From: Acinetobacter wanghuae
Lineage (GTDB): Bacteria; Pseudomonadota; Gammaproteobacteria; Pseudomonadales; Moraxellaceae
DNA: 32,000 nt
Reading direction: 5' to 3'
Assembly (NCBI RefSeq): GCF_009557235.1
Contig: NZ_CP045650.1
Location: forward strand, 30,001 to 62,000
Shown here: positions 1 to 7,772 of the stretch, in pieces
How the letters are laid out: the number at the start of each line of letters is the position of its first letter
Position numbering within the stretch: the first letter of the stretch is position 1
Translations under genes and position numbers: made by a program
The notes under the pieces: model-generated
The model's input: the letters and a program-made list of their open reading frames with translations, nothing else
Told to the model about the DNA's origin: nothing
Database searches by the model: none

Positions 1-246
1 TTGCTCATGACGGGTAGCTTTATGCTGCTCTTTGCATTGTATCGTCGTCCAAGTGGCTATTTAAAAAATCCTATATTGTTCTTAAGCTTATTTATTTTAT
101 GTTTGAGTTTAAGATCATTTTTTGCTGTACCTTTTTTATATAGTTTATTTACGAATATCTCGTGGCTTTGGGGGACACGTGCAGAATATTTATTAAACCG
201 AATTCGCTTGTTTATTCTTTATCTTATATCTTTATTTATTGCCTAA
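1..246 (+). CDS. window-truncated multi-pass membrane segment; probably the upstream part of the GGDEF gene below, but in a different frame
   Basis: Frame-1 ORF is open to the window edge and has about 3 hydrophobic helices (FMLLFALY, ILFLSLFILCLSL, LFILYLISLFIA). It stops at TAA 244-246 inside a T-rich tract that overlaps the frame-2 ORF. Confidence 0.4.
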   Translation: MLMTGSFMLLFALYRRPSGYLKNPILFLSLFILCLSLRSFFAVPFLYSLFTNISWLWGTRAEYLLNRIRLFILYLISLFIA

Positions 247-1225
247 AAATTTAATCCATCGTTATATTTTTAATATTTCTATTGGTCTCATTCTATGTAA
301 TATTTTAATTACATTTACTCAGCAACCTCTAATTTTTCAGGATTTTTTCTTTAAAGGTTTTGCTTTTAGTGGGGTTATATTTCTCAATCTTCTTTACTCA
401 ATTTATCGAATTTTTAAGACACGTACTCCATTTTCAAAGTTAAATGCTTTTGCAATTACTTTGCTTTGCCTGACATTTTTACATGATTATTTGCTGGGTT
501 TAAAGTTGATCGATTCTGTCGAAATTTCTTTTTATTCATCATGTATTTACTTTATTTGTGTGACATTCCAATTAAGTCGTGATTATGCAAATAAAAGCTT
601 TGAGTCGGAACGTTTAAACCATAAATTACTTCAACTCAATAAAAGCTTAGATAATAAGGTTTTAGAACGTACACAAACGGTGAACGAATTAAATCGAAAG
701 CTTGAGTTACAGGTACGTACGGATGCATTAACTGGAAGTTTTAATCGTCATGCTTTAAACCATGAGATTCAAAAGCGATATGAACAAGCACTTGCGCAGC
801 ATCATAGCTTGGCATTTTTTATGATCGATGTGGATTATTTTAAAAATTATAATGACTATTATGGGCATTTGAAGGGCGATGACATCCTAAAAAATTTGGT
901 TCAGGCATTAAATAAAATCTTACCTAAAAATGCCTTTTTTGCCCGTTATGGGGGTGAAGAATTTGCCATTATTTTAAGCGGGATTCCATTAGAAAATGTA
1001 CATGCTGTTGCGAATCAGTGTCTCATGCAAGTACGCCGAAAAATGTGGGAACATGCGAATCGACCTGATCATAAATCGATAGTGACCATCAGTATTGGCG
1101 CAGCCGTGATGGATGAACAGTATGTGTATAGCAATTTATATGATTTGATGAAAATAGCTGATCAGCAATTGTATCAAGCAAAAAATCATCGAGATTCAGT
1201 CTCTATCCATTCATATAGGGATTAA
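239..1225 (+). CDS. membrane-anchored diguanylate cyclase (GGDEF domain); start uncertain, possibly frameshifted
   Basis: C-terminal GGDEF domain with RYGGEEFAII active-site motif and IDVDYFKNYND. About four TM helices and a coiled-coil linker lie before it. The only start candidate is TTG 239 with no Shine-Dalgarno; the first ATG is codon 195. Confidence 0.8.
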   Translation: MPKNLIHRYIFNISIGLILCNILITFTQQPLIFQDFFFKGFAFSGVIFLNLLYSIYRIFKTRTPFSKLNAFAITLLCLTFLHDYLLGLKLIDSVEISFYSSCIYFICVTFQLSRDYANKSFESERLNHKLLQLNKSLDNKVLERTQTVNELNRKLELQVRTDALTGSFNRHALNHEIQKRYEQALAQHHSLAFFMIDVDYFKNYNDYYGHLKGDDILKNLVQALNKILPKNAFFARYGGEEFAIILSGIPLENVHAVANQCLMQVRRKMWEHANRPDHKSIVTISIGAAVMDEQYVYSNLYDLMKIADQQLYQAKNHRDSVSIHSYRD

Positions 1226-1354
1226 TAAAAATAAAATATTTCAAACATTCAGAATGTGTCCTTTATTTACGATTTATAACGTATTTATACCCTGAGTAAG
1301 GATATGGAATGCTAAATTATTAATGATCTAATTTTATAAACGTGAAGAATAATA

Positions 1355-2551
1355 ATGAATCATTTCTATGTAGGTGCAATGTTATGTCTGGGTTTGACTT
1401 CTTATCAACTGACAGGCTGTCAGGCACAGGACAAAACCGCTAAAGAAAAAATTGTGAACCAAGAGCAGGCAAAACCAATCCAGCAATCTAATGCTGCTTC
1501 ATCTGTCACTCAAACACAGCAAACTTATAAAGTCAGTAATATCGCGCAATTTAATGAACCATGGGCAATGGCTGCTTTAAAGGATGGGCGATTACTGATT
1601 ACTGAGCGAAAAGGCACATTACAATTATTTAATCCACAGACGCGTCAAAAAGTCGAAGTAAAAGGTGTGCCTAAAGTTGCTTATGGTGGACAAGGTGGTT
1701 TGGGCGATATTGTATTACATCCTCAATTTGCACAGAATCATCAAGTGTATATCAGCTATGCAGCAGCAGGGCAGGCAGGCTATGGCGCTGTCGTCGCACG
1801 TGGTGAATTAGATTTATCGAATTCCACATCGCCACAACTCAAAAATGTAAAAACCATTTGGGAACAAGTGCCTAAGGTAGATGGTCAGGGACATTATTCG
1901 CATCGAATGTTATTTGGTAAAGATGGCAAACTTTGGATCAGTTCTGGCGAGCGTCAAAAATTTGAGCCTGCACAAGATTTACAATCGAATTTAGGCAAGG
2001 TTTTAAGTTTAAATGATGATGGTACACCTGCAGCGGGCAATCCATTTGTACAGCAAGGTGAGATCGCAAAACAAGTTTGGAGTTTGGGTCATCGTAATCC
2101 TTTAGGGATTGCACTCGATCATAAAGACCAACTTTGGGTGGTTGAAATGGGACCTAAAGGTGGTGATGAGCTAAATGTAATCGTAAAAGGCGAAAATTAT
2201 GGTTATCCGCTGGTTTCTGATGGTGATCATTATGATGGCAAGGGAATCCCAGATCATCATACACAACCGAAGCTGAAAGCGCCTGAAATGACTTGGACCC
2301 CCGTTATCTCACCCTCAAGCCTGATCTTTTATAAAGGCAATCAATTTCCTGCATGGAAAAATAAGGCACTGATTGGCGGTTTGTCTTCGGAAGCCATTAT
2401 TGTTGTGGATACAGAAATGAAGCCCGTACAGGAAGTTCAGCGTTTAAATATGCAACAACGTATTCGTAGTTTGCTTGAAGCAGAAGATGGTTCAATTTGG
2501 GTATTAGAAGATGGTAAAAATGCTCAATTACTTAAAATGACGCCGCAATAA
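1355..2551 (+). CDS. PQQ-dependent sugar (glucose/sorbosone-type, YliI-like) dehydrogenase, lipoprotein
   Basis: Lipobox LTGC after a signal peptide. Beta-propeller family motifs GHRNPLGIA, GPKGGDELN and NYGYP are typical of soluble aldose sugar dehydrogenases. Confidence 0.85.
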   Translation: MNHFYVGAMLCLGLTSYQLTGCQAQDKTAKEKIVNQEQAKPIQQSNAASSVTQTQQTYKVSNIAQFNEPWAMAALKDGRLLITERKGTLQLFNPQTRQKVEVKGVPKVAYGGQGGLGDIVLHPQFAQNHQVYISYAAAGQAGYGAVVARGELDLSNSTSPQLKNVKTIWEQVPKVDGQGHYSHRMLFGKDGKLWISSGERQKFEPAQDLQSNLGKVLSLNDDGTPAAGNPFVQQGEIAKQVWSLGHRNPLGIALDHKDQLWVVEMGPKGGDELNVIVKGENYGYPLVSDGDHYDGKGIPDHHTQPKLKAPEMTWTPVISPSSLIFYKGNQFPAWKNKALIGGLSSEAIIVVDTEMKPVQEVQRLNMQQRIRSLLEAEDGSIWVLEDGKNAQLLKMTPQ

Positions 2552-2572
2552 ATTTTCTAATTTGATTAATCA

Positions 2573-2604
2573 GCCCTTATTTTTATCGAAAAGTGGGGCT
2601 TTTT
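2573..2604 (+). terminator. rho-independent terminator of the dehydrogenase gene
   Basis: Imperfect hairpin gcccttatttt/aaaagtggggc followed by TTTT. Confidence 0.6.
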
Positions 2605-2684
2605 AAATCATTTGTCTTAATGATGCTGCATCACGTGGCATCCTGTTTTGAATATTCAGTTTCTTTAGATAAGAGCTAGATAAG

Positions 2685-2809
2685 AAAAAACCCCGACATC
2701 CTGTCGAGGTTTTTCAGATCTTTTGTTTAGAGATATAACTCCTGTCATATCCATCAGCATCCTGCTGCCTTATTTATTGTTTTTATTTCAAGACATCCTG
2801 TCTTGCTAT
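2685..2809 (-). ncRNA. Csr/Rsm-type (CsrA-sequestering) small RNA, copy A, about 125 nt
   Basis: Minus-strand hairpins at 2789-2805, 2755-2767, 2732-2751 and 2691-2709 display ACAGGAUGU, GCAGGAUGC, ACAGGAGU and ACAGGAUGU at their tips. The last hairpin is followed by U6 and acts as a terminator. A TATATT -10 lies at 2816-2821 and a GacA-like box at 2866-2883. No ORF is present. Confidence 0.75.
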
Positions 2810-2815
2810 GAAACT

Positions 2816-2883
2816 AATATAATATTTTATATGAGATACGTATAGCCTCAAATGTCGGCGTGTGATGTAGGTAAATGCTTACA
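2816..2883 (-). promoter_or_regulatory. promoter of sRNA copy A: -10 TATATT plus upstream GacA/UvrY-type palindrome
   Basis: The minus strand reads TGTAAGcatttaCCTACA (2866-2883), an 11/12 match to TGTAAG-N6-CTTACA. It is followed 44 nt later by TATATT (2816-2821). The predicted TSS is the A at about 2809. Confidence 0.65.
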
Positions 2884-2946
2884 CTATTGTTTGATTACTG
2901 TGCAACATAGCAAAATTTTAAAAAGCTTAGATACTATTCATGATGC

Positions 2947-3085
2947 AAAAGAAAAGCCCCAACATCCTGTTGAGGCTTTTCTGGATTTGCTTTGCAGATT
3001 TGACTCCTGTCGAATCTGTGAACATCCTGTTCAATGACGCTTTTTATTATGATTTGATCGCTTAGCTAACATCCTGTTTGGCTAT
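2947..3085 (-). ncRNA. Csr/Rsm-type (CsrA-sequestering) small RNA, copy B, about 139 nt
   Basis: Minus-strand hairpins at 3064-3083, 3019-3033, 2995-3018 and 2956-2976 display ACAGGAUGU, ACAGGAUGU, ACAGGAGU and ACAGGAUGU at their tips. The last hairpin is followed by UUUUCUUUU. The promoter layout is the same as for copy A. Confidence 0.75.
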
Positions 3086-3091
3086 GAAGCT

Positions 3092-3159
3092 AATATAATC
3101 ATTTAACCCTGTATGCCATAGCCGATATATACGGTAGCCAATGTAGGTTAAAGCGTACG
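3092..3159 (-). promoter_or_regulatory. promoter of sRNA copy B: -10 TATATT plus degenerate GacA/UvrY-type palindrome
   Basis: The minus strand reads CGTACGctttaaCCTACA (3142-3159), a 9/12 match to the consensus. It is followed 44 nt later by TATATT (3092-3097). The predicted TSS is the A at about 3085. Confidence 0.55.
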
Positions 3160-3174
3160 AGAGTGTCAGCTTTT

Positions 3175-3717
3175 TTAGGCACTCACATATTGAATGAGTT
3201 TATCGACCGATAACTTTAAGGCTTTATTATCAAAATCATTAGCTTGGAAAGTCTGATCTTTATTACGTGAGAAAATATCTCGAATCTCAATCACGGCATT
3301 GGTATCTACTAAGCCGAGTTGAGTGCCGACCTGACGAATTTGGTCAATAGAACGCGATCCATTGGTTGCGCCATAACCAACATAAGCCGCGGGTTTACCC
3401 TGCCATTCTTTGCCTAAGTAATCGAGTGCATTTTTAAGCGCAGGGCTATAGCCATGGTTATATTCAGGACTAATGAAAATAAATGCATCTGCTAATGCAA
3501 TTTTGTCCGCCCATGCTTGTTGTTTGGGTTGATCATAAATGCCAGTCAGTGGTGGATTAGCACCGCTAAAAATCGGTAGATCCCACTCTTTTAGATCGAT
3601 TATTTCAGTTTCAATAGTGGCAAAGCCATAACTTTGGATTTGATTGAGTACCCAATCTGCAACTTTAATAGCAGTACGACCCTCACGGATACTGCCGACC
3701 ACAATATAAATTTTCAT
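3175..3717 (-). CDS. NADPH-dependent FMN reductase family protein
   Basis: MKIYIVVGSIREGR flavodoxin-like N-terminus and ISPEYNHGYSPALKNALD motif. Start moved to ATG 3717, preceded by AGGAAAA; the longer ORF (to 3804) lacks an RBS and runs into the upstream terminator. Confidence 0.85.
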   Translation of the reverse strand: MKIYIVVGSIREGRTAIKVADWVLNQIQSYGFATIETEIIDLKEWDLPIFSGANPPLTGIYDQPKQQAWADKIALADAFIFISPEYNHGYSPALKNALDYLGKEWQGKPAAYVGYGATNGSRSIDQIRQVGTQLGLVDTNAVIEIRDIFSRNKDQTFQANDFDNKALKLSVDKLIQYVSA

Positions 3718-3804
3718 GTCTTTTCCTAAAGGTATTATGATGTTTTTACAGTAATTGTTTTTATAAAATGAATGTAGATGCAATTTGTATCGAAAAATCA
3801 GCAC

Positions 3805-3828
3805 GAAAAAAGCACCCGAAGGTGCTTT
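3805..3828 (-). terminator. rho-independent terminator after fkpB
   Basis: Minus strand: AGCACCUUCGGGUGCU hairpin followed by a U-run. Confidence 0.8.
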
Positions 3829-3854
3829 GATTTGTCATGAAATCACATCATGAT

Positions 3855-4337
3855 TTACATAATTTTGATGCCTTGCTGACCCGCAGGTGTCACTTTGAAG
3901 ATTTCGACTTCAAAGCTGATATTTTTACCCGCTAATGGATGGTTAAAATCGACTTCAGTGATATCTTCACCCACCGTTTTCACCACGCCATAGAGGCTTT
4001 GTTTGGCTTTGTCTTCAAACTCAATCATGTGTCCTTCGATTGGGCGTTCAGCAAATTTTACCGTATCAAATTTTTGTACGTTTTCAGGGTTCCACGGACC
4101 GAAAGCATCTTCAGGTGGAAGGCTGACGGTACGACGGTCGCCTGCACGTAAACCAAACAAGGCTTTTTCAAAGCCCGGTAATAAGCTGCCATCGCCCATT
4201 ACAAGGCTGACTGGGGTTTCACGGTTACGCGTGTTGTCAATTTCAACACCATCTTCAATGGCCACAGAAAAGTGTAAATCTACTTTTGAGCCCGCTTCGA
4301 TGCGTGTGTCTTCGTTGGGATTGATAAAATCAGTCAT
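3855..4337 (-). CDS. fkpB: FKBP-type peptidyl-prolyl cis-trans isomerase (FkpB/SlpA type)
   Basis: FKBP motifs LLPGFEKALFGLRAGD and HPLAGK. Position downstream of lspA matches the conserved ileS-lspA-fkpB operon. ATG 4337 overlaps the lspA stop. Confidence 0.85.
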   Translation of the reverse strand: MTDFINPNEDTRIEAGSKVDLHFSVAIEDGVEIDNTRNRETPVSLVMGDGSLLPGFEKALFGLRAGDRRTVSLPPEDAFGPWNPENVQKFDTVKFAERPIEGHMIEFEDKAKQSLYGVVKTVGEDITEVDFNHPLAGKNISFEVEIFKVTPAGQQGIKIM

Positions 4338-4869
4338 GTTGTTTTTCCGCAGCTTGAATACGCCTTTTCTCAAGGAAAAAGGTATCAATCAAGAGCAAGA
4401 TAGTCCCTAAAGTGATGGCACTATCTGCAATATTAAAAGCAGGGAAGTGGCTGTTGTTGTAAAACACGTGAATGAAATCGACCACGTAACCAAGGCTGAC
4501 GCGATCAATTAAATTACCGATTGCACCACCCAAAATAAGAGCAACTGCAAGAGGCAATACTTTCACGTTTTTTGGCATACGCATGAGCCAAAAGACAAAA
4601 ATAACAGACACTAAACCTGCAAGCGAGGTAAAGAAGTAACGTTGCCATCCACCGGCATCGGACAAGAAACTAAAAGCAGCGCCATAGTTATGTAGCAATG
4701 TCCAATTTAAAAAGGGCAGTACAGGTACTGGATCTGCATAATTCAGACTGGTACTTGCAATCCATTTAGTCCATTGATCCAAAATGATCGCGACAATGGA
4801 TAAGCCCACCCACACTAAATTGTGTAGGTAGAATTGGAATAAACCCTTTTTAGGTTGTGGATTAGGCAT
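4330..4869 (-). CDS. lspA: lipoprotein signal peptidase (signal peptidase II)
   Basis: Four TM helices and motifs [10 protein letters not shown] and [11 protein letters not shown] 4869 overlaps the ileS stop (ATGCCTAA). Confidence 0.9.
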   Translation of the reverse strand: MPNPQPKKGLFQFYLHNLVWVGLSIVAIILDQWTKWIASTSLNYADPVPVLPFLNWTLLHNYGAAFSFLSDAGGWQRYFFTSLAGLVSVIFVFWLMRMPKNVKVLPLAVALILGGAIGNLIDRVSLGYVVDFIHVFYNNSHFPAFNIADSAITLGTILLLIDTFFLEKRRIQAAEKQHD

Positions 4870-7708
4870 ATTTTCTCTCTTCGCCTTGGCCAGAAGGTAA
4901 GTTAATAATACAACGACCACATAAACCTGGGTGTGACGCATGGGTATTCACATCAGGCAATACATGCCAGCAACGGACACATTTTTCACCATCAGCCGCT
5001 GATACTTTCACATTCAAGCCTTCAAGATCAGACGCTTCACCTTGCGCTGCATCGAAGTCATTCACAATCACTTGAGAGGTAATCAGTACAAAACGAAGTT
5101 CATCGCTGAGCTTATCAAGGACTGCTTTCAGTTCAGCATTTGCCCAAAGTTCAACTTTAGCGGATAAGTTCGAGCCGACTGTTTTCGCGGTACGTGCAGC
5201 TTCAATAAACTTGTTCACTGCAGATTTTACAGAGATCAGCGTTTGCCATTCAGCTTCAGAAATCACATTCGCAGTGGATGCCACAGGAATGTCATACCAT
5301 TCTGCAGTAAACACATATTTCTCTGATTGTTCAGGAATCAGTGGCCATGCTTCTTGAGCTGTGAAGGTCAAGATAGGTGCCATCCAACGTACGAATGCTT
5401 GTACCAAGTGATACAAGGCAGTTTGTGCCGAATGACGCGCAGCTGAATCCGCTTTCGTAGTGTATTGACGGTCTTTGATGATGTCTAAGTAGAAACCACC
5501 CAAGTCGTTGATACAGAAGTTGGTCAATGCATTCGTCACGATATGGAAGTTCATATCTTCGTATGCTTGTTGAATGGTTTTTTGCACTTCCGCAGCACGT
5601 TGCAAGATGTATTGATCAAGTGCAATCAATTGATCCACAGGCAAGGCGTCTGTAGAAGGTTTAAAGCCATTTAAGTTCGCAAGCAAGAAGCGAAGCGTGT
5701 TACGGATACGACGGTAACCGTCTGATGCACGGCTAAAGATTTCTTTACCCGCAGTCATTTCGTAACGGTAGTCCGCAGATGCAATCCAGAAACGTAAACC
5801 GTCTGCACCCATATCTTTAATGATGTCTTGCGGTGTAATCACGTTACCGATGGATTTCGACATCTTACGACCTTTTTCATCGACCACGAAGCCGTGAGTC
5901 AATAAGCCTTTGTACGGTGCGCGTTCGTTAATCGCAATAGACGTTAACAATGACGACTGGAACCAACCACGGTGTTGATCTGAACCTTCAAGGTATAAAT
6001 CCGCAGGGTCTTGCAGATCTTCACGTTCGCGAAGCACTGCATAATGCGTTGTACCAGAGTCGAACCATACGTCTAAGGTATCGCGTACTGCATTGTATTG
6101 ATCCGCATCATCACCGATAAATTCACGTGCATCACGGTTATACCAACCATCGATACCTTCTTTTTCAATCAGTTTTGCTACGATTTCAGTCAGTTCAGGC
6201 GTACGCGGATGTAGCTCATTGGTATCTTTATGTACGAAGAACGGAATTGGCACGCCCCACGTACGTTGACGTGAGATACACCAATCTGGACGACCTTCGA
6301 TCATCGCCTCAATACGGTTTTTACCCCAATCTGGCACGAAGCTGATGTCATTTTCAATGGCATTGAGTGCTTTTTGACGTAAGCCTTTTGCATCCATGCT
6401 GATGAACCATTGTGGTGTCGCACGGAAGATAATTGGGGTTTTATGACGCCAGCAATGTGGGTAGCTATGTTTAATCACCACATGTGCCCAAAGTTTGCCT
6501 GCTTCGGTCAATGCTGCAATAATTTTCGGGTTGGCTTTATAAATATGCTCGCCAGCAAACAGTGGAGACGTTGGTAAATAGACACCGTTACCACCGACTG
6601 GGTTTTCAACTTTTAAGTTGTACTGTAAGCCAACTTTGTAATCGTCCACACCATGACCTGGTGCTGTATGTACTGCACCTGTACCGCTGGTTGCAATCAC
6701 GTGTTCGCCTAAAATCACCGGCACTTGACGCTCAGAAATTAAAGGATGTTGCAGAACTAAGTTTTCAAGTTTTGCACCCACAAAATCAGCAATAACTTCA
6801 AATGCGGTAAAGCCATAACGTTGAGTTGCAGACTCAACTAAATCTCTTGCAAGAATGAAGTTTTGCGCTGCTTTGTCTTCGCCTGTTGCTTTCACAAGTT
6901 GATATTCGATATCCGCATGTAGCGCAACCGCTTGGTTCGCAGGCATGGTCCAAGGAGTAGTTGTCCAAATCACGATATCTGTTGAATCTTTGACGTCAAC
7001 ACCAACACGTGCAGATAAATCTGTAAGATCAACAACCGTGAAACCAACGTCGACTGCATCTGATTTTTTATCTTCGTATTCAACTTCAGCTTCAGCCAAC
7101 GATGAACCACAATCTAAACACCAGTTGACTGGTTTAAGACCCGGCTCAATGTGACCTGCTTTGGCAATTTCACCGAGTGAACGAACAATATTCGCTTCTT
7201 GTTGGAAGTTCATGGTGAGGTAAGGATTGTCCCAATCACCGAACACGCCCATACGCACGAAGTCTTTCTTTTGAAGTTCAACTTGGGTGTACGCATATTC
7301 GCGGCAAGCTTTACGGAAAGTTGATGCATCCACTTTTACGCCAACTTTACCGACTTTTTCTTCAACTTTAAGTTCGATTGGCAAACCGTGACAGTCCCAA
7401 CCCGGTACGTAGGGTGCATCAAAGCCATCCATGACACGGCTTTTAATAATGATGTCTTTAAGAACTTTATTGACTGCGTGACCTAAATGGATTTGACCAT
7501 TCGCATACGGAGGGCCGTCATGAAGCACATATTTTTTCTTGCCAATACGCGATGCACGAATCTGCTGATAAATGTCATCGGCATACCACTCTTCTAACCA
7601 TTTCGCTTCACGTACTGCAAGATTTGCTTTCATCGCAAATTCAGTACCGGGGAGGTTTAGCGTGGCTTTGTAATCCACTGCATTTTCAGGAGTTTGCTTA
7701 TCGCTCAT
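4862..7708 (-). CDS. ileS: isoleucine--tRNA ligase
   Basis: 948 aa. HIGH-type motif [16 protein letters not shown] motif, and a C-terminal Cys4 zinc cluster (CVRCWH...CGRC). Confidence 0.97.
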   Translation of the reverse strand: MSDKQTPENAVDYKATLNLPGTEFAMKANLAVREAKWLEEWYADDIYQQIRASRIGKKKYVLHDGPPYANGQIHLGHAVNKVLKDIIIKSRVMDGFDAPYVPGWDCHGLPIELKVEEKVGKVGVKVDASTFRKACREYAYTQVELQKKDFVRMGVFGDWDNPYLTMNFQQEANIVRSLGEIAKAGHIEPGLKPVNWCLDCGSSLAEAEVEYEDKKSDAVDVGFTVVDLTDLSARVGVDVKDSTDIVIWTTTPWTMPANQAVALHADIEYQLVKATGEDKAAQNFILARDLVESATQRYGFTAFEVIADFVGAKLENLVLQHPLISERQVPVILGEHVIATSGTGAVHTAPGHGVDDYKVGLQYNLKVENPVGGNGVYLPTSPLFAGEHIYKANPKIIAALTEAGKLWAHVVIKHSYPHCWRHKTPIIFRATPQWFISMDAKGLRQKALNAIENDISFVPDWGKNRIEAMIEGRPDWCISRQRTWGVPIPFFVHKDTNELHPRTPELTEIVAKLIEKEGIDGWYNRDAREFIGDDADQYNAVRDTLDVWFDSGTTHYAVLREREDLQDPADLYLEGSDQHRGWFQSSLLTSIAINERAPYKGLLTHGFVVDEKGRKMSKSIGNVITPQDIIKDMGADGLRFWIASADYRYEMTAGKEIFSRASDGYRRIRNTLRFLLANLNGFKPSTDALPVDQLIALDQYILQRAAEVQKTIQQAYEDMNFHIVTNALTNFCINDLGGFYLDIIKDRQYTTKADSAARHSAQTALYHLVQAFVRWMAPILTFTAQEAWPLIPEQSEKYVFTAEWYDIPVASTANVISEAEWQTLISVKSAVNKFIEAARTAKTVGSNLSAKVELWANAELKAVLDKLSDELRFVLITSQVIVNDFDAAQGEASDLEGLNVKVSAADGEKCVRCWHVLPDVNTHASHPGLCGRCIINLPSGQGEERKYA

Positions 7709-7772
7709 GCAAGTTGTCTTCCAATTTAATCAGTCTTTTCGCTGACACGTTTTACAATAAAAATATGAGATA

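Larger units (their letters stand above)
2685..3159 (-). repeat. diverged tandem duplication (period about 276 bp; about 266 bp at the terminators) comprising the two sRNA genes and their promoters
   Basis: The GacA box, the -10 box and the first GGA motif are each offset by exactly 276 bp between copies. The block ATTATATTAG(T/C)TTCATAGC is shared. Confidence 0.7.

Noticed and set aside
2852-3037. 61-aa plus-strand ORF in the spacer
   Set aside because: It has no RBS. It runs straight through the GacA-like box, the terminator and three GGA hairpins of the proposed sRNA units. Its composition is dictated by the repeats, so I treat it as spurious.
2685-3085. The repeated ACATCCTGT motif as a CRISPR array, a REP/MITE element or a stack of plus-strand terminators
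   Set aside because: The conserved unit is only about 9 nt, spacing is irregular (about 20-100 nt), and no cas genes are present. There are no terminal inverted repeats or target-site duplications. On the plus strand the loops would read UCC, with no known function, and there is no promoter-to-terminator order. The minus-strand reading gives box, -10, GGA hairpins and terminator in order.
3718-3804. N-terminal extensions of track ORFs (3804, 4388, 4941, 11515, 19058, 23106, 23163, 24539, 25348, 27491)
   Set aside because: In each case except 11515, an internal ATG preceded by a Shine-Dalgarno gives an N-terminus matching the family (signal peptide, conserved first motif, or residue-for-residue alignment, as for MurJ). 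For 11515 (RutR-like) the internal ATG 11479 was chosen on family N-terminus grounds alone and has no good SD. The extensions overlap upstream genes or terminators.
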